A stretch of 63,168 bases of DNA, filler included, from Chiloscyllium plagiosum (lineage: Eukaryota), in assembly GCF_004010195.1 (NCBI RefSeq). It is 5 parts of one record of this genome, joined end to end, with 100 filler letters (N's around TTAATTAATTAA, not from the genome) between each part and the next. Parts side by side here need not be neighbours in the genome. Positions count along the whole stretch, not along the records: positions 40,054 to 50,706 come from NC_057711.1; positions 50,807 to 63,168 come from NC_057711.1; 3 more parts are not named here. One strand, 5' to 3'. Below, piece after piece: positions 49,589 through 62,831 of this stretch. The translations under genes were made by a program, and so were the position numbers. The notes beneath the pieces are model-generated. The model saw nothing but the letters and a program-made list of their open reading frames with translations, searched no databases and was not told the origin of the DNA. Position 1 is the stretch's first letter. The number at the start of each line of letters is the position of its first letter.

Positions 49589-51869
49589 TTGTAACTGTAC
49601 CCACATCCACAATTTCCTCAGGAAGTTCAATCCACCCTGCACGTAAAATATATCTTTTTAAAATCTCTCGCCTCTCATCTTAAAAATGTGCCACTTTACC
49701 TTGAAATCCCCCCTCCTAGGCAATAGACACCTACCATTAACCCTATCTATACCCCTCATGATTTCATAAACTTCTATAAGCCTTTAGCCTTTGCATTTAA
49801 ACCAAACAGGGGTAGAGGTCAGTGCAAAGCAAATCAAATCAACTGATTAACTAACCCCCATTTATGCTTTTGAATTCAGAACAGAAAGTAACAGAAAACA
49901 AAAGATGCATCAGCTTTGGAAAAGAACATTTAAAACTTTCTGCCTATACTCTATCTATAAAAGTTATTTTCAAATTTTCACACTTGATGTTTTCTTTACA
50001 TCCAATATTTTTGAAATAATCATCTGTTTAAAATAGCTCTTGAAACTAAAGCAAGTCACTTTCTTATTTCAAGTCTTGTTTGCAACCAGTTTAGCATATA
50101 CGGTTTTCCAGGCTTGGAATCTAACTTCTACATTCTATAAAAATACTGCTCTATTTCAGATAGTAGATAAGCGTTCAGCAGTGGATGGTTACTAGACATA
50201 TTCAAATTGGAAGCTAATAGTGGGACAATGTTGTCTAACAGATTTTCTATCATTAACTATTCAAGCATCTAGCGTTCCAAAGGTGATGATAGAATGACAT
50301 AACAACTAAGGAATCACCTTGCCCCCAGGTCATCTCCTCTGCACATGACCAATCATAAACTCATTACTTTTATTATTCAACCGGACACCTAGCATTGCTC
50401 TAGTTACTGGAAATGACAATGGCACATGTAGCCCTATCAACTTTGCAAAATCCTCCCTATCAACATCCAGAAACTGGTGCAAAAATTTGGAAAGTTATCC
50501 CACAACCTCGTCAAACAGCAGCCGACATAGTTGCATTCACAGAACCATGCCTTGCACAAAATGTCCCATTGAGCTAAAGTAAGACAGTTTGTTTTAAAAT
50601 TACTTACCGGTAGCGGGCAGCGGTGTTTTTTTCTCTCTTTACAGAAAGAGTGGGAGCAGCAGGGGGAAGTGACGAAGACCGGAGGGGCAGCCGGGTAGGT
50701 TTTTTTNNNNNNNNNNNNNNNNNNNNNNNNNNNNNNNNNNNNNNNNNNNNTTAATTAATTAANNNNNNNNNNNNNNNNNNNNNNNNNNNNNNNNNNNNNN
50801 NNNNNNTTAGAATGAACAGAGAGGTTTTTTTTACTGAAGACTTCTTAAATACAGCTTCCCAAAAGACAGCCATTGTCCCAAAATGTCCATTGGCTGTCCT
50901 GCCTATCATTTCTGTGCAGATTCTTGACTAGACACTGTCAGGTTCACAGCCCTGTTGCTGTTACCAATTCTCCACCATCACAGGACTTGACAAATGAGTC
51001 CTGGTAGAAGTTTGCACACATCTTTGTTTAACATCAGAATTTTGGATGTCATCTTTATCCATACAATCTTGATGGGTTAGTGATCAGATTTCAGGTGCCA
51101 TATCGAAACACAATGACAAGGACCACTTTACTACTTTCTGCCTTCTTAACTGACACAATGTACACACTTCCATAGCCTGTTCTTCCACTGAAGATGTCTT
51201 GGGCTACACTTTATTGGCACTTCCCTCTGACTTTGTAGCTATGGGTAACCAGGAGCAATGTGTCTCCCATTAGATTGCTCAAGGAATTATTGAAGAGCAT
51301 TAATCTGTCCACCATATCTCAGTGGTGATCCATGGAGGGTTCAAGGATTATGTATCCATTCAATCAATCATTTCGGGAAAAGTTGGGGAACAGGGTTTTA
51401 TTTGAAAATAGATTCTCATGGGCATGTTTGCTAATATGCTCCTCGGATGCTGCCTGACCGGCTGTGCTTTTCCAGCACCACTCTAATGTAGACTCACTGC
51501 AGTCCTCACTTTTGCATATTTGCTAATCTACTAGACAGATGACATGTGATATGCAGTCAGTCATAAAAAATTTGTCATATAACCTATCCCCATTTGAGGA
51601 TCTGCAATTTGTTATGATTCTGCATGGGATACCCCCAAATCATTAGACTCAGAGGTGAGGAAGGAAGAAAGGAATCCCCCTTTTTTATTCAATCCACCAA
51701 CCCCACCCCTCATCTCAGTTTCTCATCAGCAAGTTAACCTAACACCAGCGAATTTTCCCTGCATGGATACATTCCCCAGTTCCAATGTACTTATGTTTTA
51801 ACAAGAGTCAATTTAACCAGGTTTCCTCAGGTGAAGGAAATAATGAGATGATTAATTATTAAAATGCTC

Positions 51870-52300
51870 GCTGGCTGGGCCAGGGTTTATTGCCAATGCC
51901 TAGTTGCCCATGAGAATGTGCAGGTGAGCTGCCTTCTTGAACTGATGTAGTTCCTGTGCTTGAAATCTATCCACAATGCCCTTAGAGCAGAAATTCCAGA
52001 ATTTTGACTTAACAATAGTAAAGGAACAATGACGTATTTCCAAGTCAGGATAGTGAGTGGCTTGGAGGAGAACTTGTGGTGTTCCCAGGTTTCTGCTGCC
52101 CTTATCCTGGCTGGAAATAATTGTGGATTTGGAAGATGCTTTCTCAGCATCTTTGGTGAACTTCTGCAGTGCATCTTGTACATGGTATACATTGTTTCTA
52201 CTGAGAGTTGGTAGTGGAGGGAATGGATTCTTGATAATGCGGTATCAACCAAGTAGGCTGCATTGCCCTGGATGGTGTCAAACTTCTATTATTTGTTGAT
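51870..52300 (-). mobile_element. LINE 3' end sharing its tail with the tRNA-headed SINE
   Basis: IHSLHYQLSVETMYTMYKMHCRSSPKMLRKHLPNP; ends gggcaactaggcattggcaataaaccctggcccagccagc. Confidence 0.7.
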
Positions 52301-53810
52301 TTCTAGTCTTCCCTAGAGTGTAGTTATTGTCTGGGGTGTAAACATTACTGCTACAACTGTCCTCATTTAATCTCTCAATAACAGTGCTACTCCAACACCT
52401 TCCCTTTTCTACCCTCTTTCCAAAAGGTAAAATACTCCTGCATGTAAAGTTCCCAGTTCTGATCTCCTTGTAACCACATCTCTATCAGTTTGTCTGCTTA
52501 ATCCAAATGAATCATGTGTTAAGGTAAAAAATCTTTAAGCTTGCCTTTTTGCCATTTTTAATCATCCTAACTTTTCTTTATACTGTCTGTTTACCTCTTA
52601 CCCTTGATTACCATATCTACAGTTTCTTGATTTCCTGACCTTGTTTTTTTTCCTTTGTTACCCTGCTTAAATTCCAAGCCCCGTGCATTCTAAATCCTCC
52701 CCAAATACTTGCCTGAGGACATCAATCCTGGTCTAATAGTTTCTGGTGAGGTAATAATTATTCTTCATTATCTCTGTGAGCAAAGAAGACTACTATTTAA
52801 TTCTTCATTGTGTTTCTTCATCTGAAGTATCTCTATCTGAGGTTTCTTAACACTCTCAGATTACTCTAAGAACCATGTATCATCAACACAGGAATCTTTA
52901 AGAGGATTTTTGAAAGCATTCCCAGTCATCTCTGGTTTATTTGAGCTTTTCAATTTAGCTTTTTTTTAAAAAAAACTAAAAAAACTCTTCCCAAACATTA
53001 AAATGATTATAAATAATTCGAGGCTCTGATCCATTATTAACACATATGAGTACGTACTGGACATGTATTTTCTGATCTCCAGCAATGATATTTCAAGAAG
53101 GGACTCTATCTTAATCATGTTTGTGTGCACACCAGGCATTGAGGTATCTCAAAGTAAGATTGAATAAAAATAATTCTCCTTATTGACGATGATCTTGAAT
53201 AAAATTGGATATTAATTGAGATTGAAGCCATTTCAAATGGTTACTTTGAAGAACACGTTCAAAGAAAATTTCTACCTGTTGTCAGTTCCATATCTGATGC
53301 TGCTCAACGTAAAACTTCAGGAGTTGATTCTGATTATTTTCTCTGATTGCTTGCCAGCATTTTATTCATTGATAATGCAATAAGCGATGCAAAATAAACC
53401 CACTTAATGTCAGATATGATCTTCAAATTTGTGAAAACTGCTTCTAAAATTACTTAATATTTGATGTTGGGACTAGATCAGCACTGTTGTGGAACAGGGT
53501 ACTGTTATTTATGATGTCCAAATGTATAAAATTGATGGAAGTGACAATAACAGTATTGCTGTTCCACTTTTGACAGCTTCTTGTTGCCTGCAGCATATTG
53601 CAAATTTATATTTCAAAAAATAAAATCAAAATAAAGTATTAAATGTTAATCGTAAGTTGTCCAAGAAACATTTTATTTATGCCGTTTTTACTACCTCCTT
53701 TAAAACACCTTATGGTCAGGGATTTGCAAATATTTACAACTCTACAGAGACAATATGAATTTCAACACTAAGAATAGAAGAATAGAAAATACGATTTAAT
53801 GGTATGAATT

Positions 53811-54755
53811 TGGGGAGGTGGTTGTATAACAGTACTGTCACTGGTCTAGTCATCGAGAACCCCAAGCTAATGTTCTGGGTTGCATGTGTTTGAAGCCTAT
53901 AATGGCAGATGGAGGAAATTTGGTTTCAATGAAAGCATCTTTTATTAAAGAGCTGGCCTATTGGCAACCATGCCTGATTGATTTACTAATGTCCTTTAAA
54001 AAAGAAAAGTTGCCATACTTATCCAGTCAGGCTTCCATATGACTCCATACACAGCAATGTGGCTGATTCTTACCTGCCTTTTGAAAAGGTCTGGTCTACC
54101 AAAGTGCGACAAAGTCCAAACAAAGGAATAAGATTGGAAAAACCAATAGGCATTGGCCGAGACACTAGAAACAACAATGGCCCTGCTAACACTGTAGTTC
54201 CTTCTGGCCAACACCTGGGGGCTTATAACATGGGAGAACTGCCCCATAAACTAGTCAAACAACACCTGACACTCTCACAGGAACATACTTTACAAAGTCA
54301 CAGGTGCTACCAATGTCTGCTCTACTGGCAGGACAGACTCACCAAAAGTGGTTTGACAATCAGGAAGGAACTGTCTTGGAAATCTTCAGTATTGACTCTG
54401 GATGTCATGTTACGCAGTCAAACATGGACAAGGAAACATCCTGCTGATTACTACCTACCACTGTTCCCCCATGCTGAATACTACGTAAAGGAAACACTGA
54501 CAGTGACAAGGGCACATATTATCAAACAATATTCATCACCTTGAGTGGTTTGGTCGTGCGACTACTGACCCAGCTGGTTGAGTCCTCAAGTAAATAACTT
54601 CTAAACTAGGTCTAAGGTAGGATGTGAGGGATCCAACAGAGGGAAGAATCTACTTGGTCTGGTTATCACTAATCTACCTGCCATCTGTCTAGAACAAAAA
54701 CAGTCAGGGGTGACCACTGCATCATCCTTGTGGGGAAGAAGTCATAGCTTCACAT
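53811..54755 (+). mobile_element. LINE 5' end: tRNA-like head/core followed by an AP-endonuclease remnant
   Basis: Aligns by eye to the reverse complement of 12480-12763, then LANTWG..GELPHKLVKQHL.., later NLLGLVITNLP..GDHCII. Paralog at 50380-50570 reads KLSHNLVKQQ.DIVAFTE. Confidence 0.6.
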
Positions 54756-54756
54756 A

Positions 54757-55186
54757 GATTAGATTCCCTACAGTGTGGAAACTTGCTATTTAGCCCAACA
54801 AGTGCACAATGACTCTCCAAAGAGTCACCCACCCAGACCCATTTCACTCCAACTAATGCACCTCACATTATGGGCAATTTAGATTAGATTAGATTAGATT
54901 AGATTACTTCCAGTGTGGAAACAGGCCCTTCGGCCCAACAAGTCCACACCGCCCCGCCGAAGCGCAACCCACCCATACCCCTACATCTACCCCTTACCTA
55001 ACACTACGGGCAATTTAGCATGGCAAATCCACCTGACCTGCACACCTTTGGATTGTGGGAGGAAACCCACACAGACATGGGGAGAATGTGCAAAGTCCAC
55101 ACAGGCAGTCACCCAAGGATGGAATTGAACCCAGGTCTCTGGCACCGTGAGGCTGCACTGCTAACCACTGAACCACCGTGCTGCCC
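54757..55186 (-). mobile_element. HE1 SINE nested with an older HE1 tail
   Basis: Two tails (54757-54880 and 54882 onward) and one head at ~55125-55186. Confidence 0.85.
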
Positions 55187-57424
55187 TTAAACTTAGGACT
55201 CTCCATCTTGTTGTGTATCTCCATCAACTTGCTGAATGAGACAGAATTCAAACAGATCTACCCACTCAAAACCAGGGTGCCCATAATGCTGGGCCAGCAG
55301 CAACTGCAACAACGGACCTGTATTCAAACACAATTTGTAAACTCCATTCTACCATTATCATTAAGCCAAAGGATCAACTATGGTCCAACAAAGACTACTG
55401 GAGGACAGATCAGGAGCAACAGCAGAATAGTTTAAAATGGTGTTAACATGATGAAGGTACAACACAGAACCACTTACATGTCAAACTGCACAAAACGGAC
55501 ATGGATAAGCAATCTTCCAGCGAACAGATCAGATCTAGCCTTTGAGACCTGCCACATCCAGTCATGAATGGTGATGAACAAATAAATAGCTAACAGCTCC
55601 ATATTTAGGCCATCTTGTGCTCACAATGCAACCTCACCACCCTTTATGTTCTGCATTTCCTTTTGAAAAGTGTTCTATCCCTGAATATTTACTTCCTAAC
55701 TTTGATCTCCTTGCAATCATATCTCCCTAAAGGCCATAAGATCATACCCATTAGCCTGTATTTGTGTTGTTAATTCATTTATTTTGTTCCAAACACTATG
55801 CACAAGCAAACAGTCACTAATTTTGCCTTTTTACATATGTTGGCCCTACACACGATAAGTTTTAGAAATAAGAAAAGTGGTTTTATTGAGAAGTTCCAGG
55901 GATGGCTTGATGGGGTGGACACTGGGAGGAGAGGAGAATGAAGGGGCATACTTTCAACATAATAGCTCTCCCTCTTAAGACTGAGATCTTGAAGAGTCTA
56001 GACAGAGTGGACAGGAACTCATAAATGGATTGAGAATGAGAGAACACCATGTTAAGGCGTTTTGTAAAAGAAGCATATGTCGGTGAGAAAAACCTTTTTC
56101 ATACTCCGAGTAGGTAGGATATAGGATGCTGTGCCTGGAAGTGTGGTGAAGGCAGGTTCAATTGAGGCATTCAAGAGGACAATGGATGATTATTTATGCA
56201 GAAACAACATGCAAGTTTATGGGGAAAAGGCAAGAGATTAACACAGAGTTAAAATGCTCAGACAGCTGGTACAAACATAGTGGGCCAAATGATGCATCAT
56301 AACCCATTCTGTGCTTCTGAGATGAAAATATTTTTTTCTCAGATGGTTGTTAAGTTTTGAAATTCTTTTTCCCAGAACATAGTAGGGGCTCGGCCATTGA
56401 TTTTATTCAGGACAGAGCTAGATCGATTTTAATTGACAAGGGATTCAGAAAGTAGATTTGAGAACACAATCAGATCTGCCATATTCTCATTGAATGGTAG
56501 ACTGGGCTTAAAGGCTGAATAGACTGCTCCTGCTTCTAATGTACTCTTTATGTTGGCAATCTAATGCTTTGTTAGGGATGCTGTCCTTTAGATATTTTAA
56601 ACCCAGTCTGCTAAGTTTAAAGATTCCCCTGACACTGCATGAAAAAAAAATAAGCAAGATTTCCTGTTGTCTTTGCTAATAAGTTTTTCTCAAAAAATGT
56701 AATTAAGAAACTGTTCAATAATCTTTCTTGCATTGCTACTTGGGGAATGGTGCCATTGTGTAATTTCTCTAACAACAGGCCCTGCACTCCAAGACTAATT
56801 CAATGTGTGAAGCACTCACGAGCAAGTGATAATTGAATGCAAGCCCTGCTTTTCCTTGCCATTTGCAAAGCACTTTCCACAGAGATGACTGTTTTAAAGT
56901 GAGAGCTGGAAGTGAAGGAAATAAAGAGAGAGGATAATCCCAAATACACTAAAAGTGCACATCGATCTATCTGATCTTAATATTTTGAACCAGATTACTT
57001 TCTTGACTTTGTTAATACTCCTCCCTCAAACAACAATAAGTTATTATATCTTCCCCTTAACATATTAAAACATATTAAGGTGCATAACAGGAGCATTTTA
57101 ATACAAAATATCAGACACTAGATCAAGTGATTAACTGCTTCATCAAAGAGGCTTTTTCTTAAGGAGTATTGTAAAGGAGAAAGCAATGTGAAGAGAGAAG
57201 GAAAAGTCAAGCGAAGGAATCTCAGAACTCAGGCAGTTGCTTCCCAAACTTTTTCCCACTGTGGCCCCTTTTCGAGGCTGCAACTTTGTTGTGGCTCCAT
57301 GGTTAGAGTTGAGAGAATGACGGTTGGATGGGAAGACTTGAGAACAGAGGAAAGGGCAGGACAGGAGAAGGTGGAGGTCGACTATTCCTAAGACTTGGGC
57401 TTTCAACCTCACTTAGCGTCCAAC

Positions 57425-57745
57425 CTCTTAGAACCTCTACAGTGCAGATAGAGACGATTTAGCCTATCAAGTTTGCATTGACCCTCTGAATAGCATCCCG
57501 TCCAATCTCTGCGTTTTTTTACACTGGCTAATCTACCTAACCTACACATCACTAGACCCTAAGGGACAACTTAGCAAGGACAATCCACCTCTTTGGACAG
57601 AGGGAGGAAACCAGAGCACCTGGCAAAAAGCCACACAGACACAGGGCGAATTTACAAAAACCATACAGATAGTCACCTAAGGATTGAATTGAACCCGGCT
57701 CCTTGGTACCATGAGACAACAGTGCTGACCACTGAGCCACCATGT
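57425..57745 (-). mobile_element. old HE1/V-SINE
   Basis: Diverged head TGGCTCAGTGG..GGTTCAATTC and core. Confidence 0.75.
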
Positions 57746-59435
57746 CTCCTATAACATCCCACTTGAAACATACCCTCCCTTTGGAAAAATGTGGCCTGGT
57801 CTTCTGAAGACATTGCCATCACAGATGATTGGAAATTTGTTCTCCATTTTTACAACAGGAGTCACTGGTTTAAGATCTGCTTTCTGGGGCCTGTGAAGGT
57901 AGCTTCTCACTGCACTGGTTGCCAACTGAGTTTGGTAGAATTTCCATAATTCTGCAGCTGTTCAAATGCAATGCTTTGCACAGAGAATGTGTGAGCAAGG
58001 CAGGAAGAGACAAGCCCCTTCAACAAATCACATTGAGGAATCTTATTAAACATGGACAATAGGAGCAATAGTAGGCCATTCAACATGATCATGGCTGATC
58101 CTTTATCTTACAATGATATTCCCAGAGATTTCAAATCAAGCAATTTAAAACATCAAGTATAAATTAAGTTTAAATGAACTGAAGGAATAAAGATTAGGAA
58201 TACCATGAGATTGAGGGAGAACCTGGATTTTGTCTGATGACATTCCGGCACATGAAAATAATTTTTCAGGATTAGATAATATTTTCAGCTGTAATGAACA
58301 TGCAGTATGAGTTTAAAATGGCTTTCTTCTGAATGAAGTAGCTCTAAATCGAACAAGCTCTTTTAGTGCAGAATTAGTATGCAAGTGCTTCTAGTTCATG
58401 GTTTTGCAATGGTATCAATGCAAGGATTATCAGTCATGAATACCACACATCCTGTGTAAGAGTAGGATATGTCTGTCCACAACTTCTAGATGTTTATTTA
58501 AGGTACGCATGTACAGATGCTAGAAATTGCTGTCTGATTTATTCAGTATGAGTTGCTCAATTGTCACTAAAATCCATGTCATTATCAGCTTGCACAGCTT
58601 TTTGTATTCTGCTTGGAGGTGACCTGTTCTATAGAAAAATGATTTCCTTCACAGTTTCACTAAAAACACTTGAAACTTACTCGAGTTTGCCTATTTACAG
58701 CTTGAGTTCACTTAATCATTACACACAATGCCAAGCAAGCGTGCATAGAAATAAATTGCTCAAGTGACATCGCCTTGCGTGTAGCTATACAATATTTGCA
58801 CTTGAATTAATACTCCTGTTAAAAAATGGGGCAAAGGAAATGCATTCTAGATGATATTGTAAAAGCTGATTTTCAAGTTATAGGTTTCCAGTGTATTCTA
58901 GTGAACATGAGGTATTGCATTTATGTTTTGCAGTGACCTAGACAGAGGGGGTTCAATATATTATTGTGCATGAAGACTTAACTTTAAGGTTAAAGTTATC
59001 GCATCGGCCTGACTTGGAACTATATTGGCATTTCTTCGCTATTGCAGGGTCAAAATCCTGCAGCACCCTCCAAAAACTGCACTCTAGGTACCTCTACATA
59101 ACGTTGACTGTCGCCATCACCTTTTCAAGGGCAATTAGGGATGGGCAATAAATGCTGTAGCATCTAAGCCCTATGAAAGAATTTGAAAAATGTAATGTCA
59201 AGAACTTCACAAAAGCATGATCAAACAAAAGAACTACGCCAAGTGAAGTGAGGTAAGAGTTTTTGCCTTGACATGAAGGTGCTTTCTGACTGAGTATGTT
59301 TTCATTTCTTTTTATTTGTTCATGGGACATGACAGTCGCTTATTAGGCCAGTGATTTTGCCCATTCTTAAGTGCCCAGTTAAGAATCAATCATATTTCTG
59401 GAGTCTGGAGTGACATACAAGCCAGACAGTGTAAG

Positions 59436-59550
59436 GGCTTTTGTCTGAAACGTCGATTTCGAAGCTCCTTGGATGCTGTCTGAACTGCTGTGCTCTTCCA
59501 GCACCACTAATCCAGAATCTGGTTTCCAGCGTCTGCAATCATTGTTTTTA
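59436..59550 (+). mobile_element. 115-bp PLE terminal fragment inserted into a SINE
   Basis: 14-bp TSD ccagac(a/t)gtgtaag at 59422-59435 and 59551-59564; begins inside hammerhead helix II. Confidence 0.8.
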
Positions 59551-60869
59551 CCAGACTGTGTAAGAGTACATTTTCTTCATAAAGAAATTTAGTGAACCAG
59601 TTATCAACAGTAGTTGCATAGTCACAGTCAGGGAATTGTTTCGCTTAGTTGACTGGATCATTGGTTAACAATACAGTATGATATCAGCAAAGTGGGTTCA
59701 GTTCTCATCACTGGTTTGAGGTTACCATGAAGAGCTATTCTTCTCAACCTCTTCCCTTGCTTGAGGTCTGGTGGCCCTCAGATTAAATTGCCACCAGTTG
59801 CTTTGGGGTGGTAAGACTATGGTGACACAAGAACAATCACCTTCTTAAGGATAATTAGGCATGTGCAACAAAAACCGCCCTTTCTAACAATTTTCAGATG
59901 CTATTATAAAATAAATGCGAATTTACATAACAAAATGGTGGGAAAAATGACCAAGGATTTACTCAAAGGAGTAGCATCTTTTAAGGACTGATTAAAATAG
60001 GGGTCACCCAGGTATAGAGTCTGAGAGTTACCTTGTAACTTAGAGACTCATAGAGTAAATTGGATAAACATAAAATATTTGTCCTTGCAGAAAATGCAAT
60101 CTGGTTTTAGTGTCGGCATCACTCCATCCAATTACTGCTTCAGTTAGCCTAAACAATTATGAACTGAAGCTGTACAAAATTATAACCACAGGTGAGATGC
60201 CAGGAGATCTTTCTTTATATAGAATGTTGTCAATCTTTGGAACAGGTTTTTGGCTAATGTTATGAGTGTGAATTAACAACAACAGTTCAAACTGGAGCTG
60301 GATAAGTTTCTTCTGAAAATAGGTGAAACTCTGGGTATGGACGTCACCATCTCTGAGATATCTTGAACTCTAACCCTATCTTCGATTCTGGTCATGATCA
60401 CAGTGGAAATTTCTTGCAGTAAGTCTACCACTTCACCCCGTCCCATCACTGTAAACCACAGAAACACAGAATATTTACAAAACAGAAAAAGATCATTTGG
60501 CCCCTTGAGCTATGCTAGGTGTTTGCAAGGGCCATTCAGCTTAGTCATTCTCATCTACCATGCTTCCCCATCCCAGCATTTGTTTTTCCTGGATGTTTAA
60601 TCCCATTATAAAAGCCAGGAATTCATTAGTCTCTACCTCCATTTCAAAGTGTGCATTTCAGATTATAAGTGCTCACTATTCAAAAAAACAGAATTACTCA
60701 TGTTGCCTTTGATTCTTTTGCCAACACCCTATTATGGTTGTTGCTCTCAACCCTTCCACTTTGAGAACAGTTTGTCTCCATCAATTCTGTCATACACTGG
60801 TTAGTTCTTTTGTCGTTTTGACAGTATGTACATGTATCAGTACCCATATATTTGACTTGTTTCAGAAAC

Positions 60870-62110
60870 CTTAAGGGGAAATGAGTGCAACTTTATTTCT
60901 CCCGCCATCTCTTTTAGTACCCTGGATGCATTCTATCAGGCCAGGAGACTTGTCTATCCTTAGCTCCATTAGCTTGCCCAACACTACTTCTTCTGTAATA
61001 ATGATGGTTTCCAGGTCCTCACCTATCTTCGTCTGTTTGTTAATTACTGGCATGATATTAGTGTCCTCCACTGTGAAGACCAATGCAAAAAATACCTATT
61101 CAATGCCTCAGCCATTTCCTCATATCCCATTAATAAATGCCCCTTCTCGCCCTCTAAAGAACCAAAGTTTACTTGAGCCACTCTTTTTCGTTTTATATAT
61201 TTATAGAAGCCTTTGCTATCTGTCTTCATATTCTTTGCTAGCTTTTTCTCATGTTCTATCTTACTTGTCTTTGGAAGCAATTTTTGTGGCTTTCTGTTGA
61301 CCTTTCAAGTTTTTCCAGTCTTCTGGTTTCCTGCTGTTCTTGGCCACTTCGTGTGCCTTATCTTTCAGTTTGATAGCCTCCCTTATTTCCTTAAACATCC
61401 ACGTCAGATTACCCTTTCTTCCGGTCCTTCCTTTTCACTGGAATATACTTTTGCTGAATACTTTGAAAAATTGCTTTGAAAGTTCTCTACTGTTTGTCAA
61501 CTGTCCCACCATAAAATCTTTGTTTCCAGTCTACTTTATCCGAGTCCTCCCTCATTCTATTGTTGTCTCCCTCGTTTAAGCACAGGACCCTGGTATTGGA
61601 TTCTATCTTCCCACACTCCATCTGTATTCTAAATTCAACCATATCCTTCCAAGAGGATCCATACCTATGAGGTCATTAATTATTCCTATCTCATTACACA
61701 GGACCAGATCAAGGATAACTTGCTCCCTCGCGGATATACTCAACGAGCTTCTCCTCAAGACTACCCTGACCGAGCTGGTTCGACTAATGGACATGTAGAT
61801 TAAAATCCCCCATGATAATTGCCATAACATATTTATAGGCATTAGTTATTTCTTTGTTTATTGCTCAACCCAATATGATGTCATTATTTGGTGGCCTATA
61901 GACTATGCCTAACACTGACTTTTGCTTCTTAGAATTTCTAATTTTCACCCAGATGGATTCAACCTTATTCTCTATAGAACCTATATCATCTCTCAGCATC
62001 ACCCTGATCCTTGAATATCAGTGCTACACCACCTCCTTTACCTTCCTGTTTGTCCTTCCTAATAGTCTGATACCCCTGGATACTCCAGTTATGACCATCC
62101 TGTAATCATG
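60870..62110 (-). mobile_element. CR1 ORF2 fragment (APE-tether region)
   Basis: ILDLVLCNE, KGFYKYIKRKR, MAEALNRYF, LRIDKSPGL. Confidence 0.85.
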
Positions 62111-62114
62111 TAAT

Positions 62115-62830
62115 CAGGCAAGGACTGATTAGGGATAGTTAACATGGCTTTGTGCGTGGGAAATCATGTCTCACAAACTTGATTTAGTTTTTTGAGGAAG
62201 TAACAAAGAGGATTAATGCGGGCAGAGTGGTAGATGTGATCTATATGGACTTCAGAACGGTGTTCAACAAGGTTCCCAATGGGAGACTGATAAGCAAGGT
62301 TAGATCTCACGGAATACAGGGAGAACTAGCCATTTGGATACAGAACAGGCTCAAAGTAGGAAGACAGAGGGTGGTAGTGGAGGGTTGTTATTCAGACTGG
62401 AGGCCTGTAACCAGTGGAGTGCCACAAGAATCGGTGCTGGGCCTTCTACTTTTTGTCATTTACATAAATGATTTGGATGCAAGCATAAGAGATACATTTA
62501 GTAAGTTTGCAGATGACACCAAAATTGGAGGTGTAGTGGACAGCAAAGAGGGTTACCTCAGATTACAACAGGATCTTGACCAGATGGGCCAATGGGCTGA
62601 GAAGTGGCAATAGGAGTTCAATTCAGATAAATGCAAGGTGCTGCATTTTGGGAAAGCAAATCTCAGCAGGACTTATACACTTAATGGTAAGGTCCTAGGT
62701 AGTGTTGTTGAATAAAGAGACCTTGGAGTGCAGGTTCATAGCTCCTTGAAAGTGGAGTCGCAGAAAGATAGGATAGTGAAGAAGGCGTTTCGTATTCTTT
62801 CCTTTATTGGTCAGAGTATTGAGTACAGGA
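62115..62830 (+). mobile_element. CR1 RT fragment
   Basis: HGFVRGKSC, SGVPQESVLG, FADDTKIGG; close relative of the copy at 244-1612. Confidence 0.9.
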
Positions 62831-62831
62831 T

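Noticed and set aside
52800..53700. Non-repetitive AT-rich stretch as hidden exon or DNA transposon
   Set aside because: No ORF, terminal repeats or recognisable motif found by eye.
56570..56840. Possible ancient DeuSINE-like remnant (also ~31060-31290)
   Set aside because: Similarity is only vaguely recalled and too decayed to support without an alignment.
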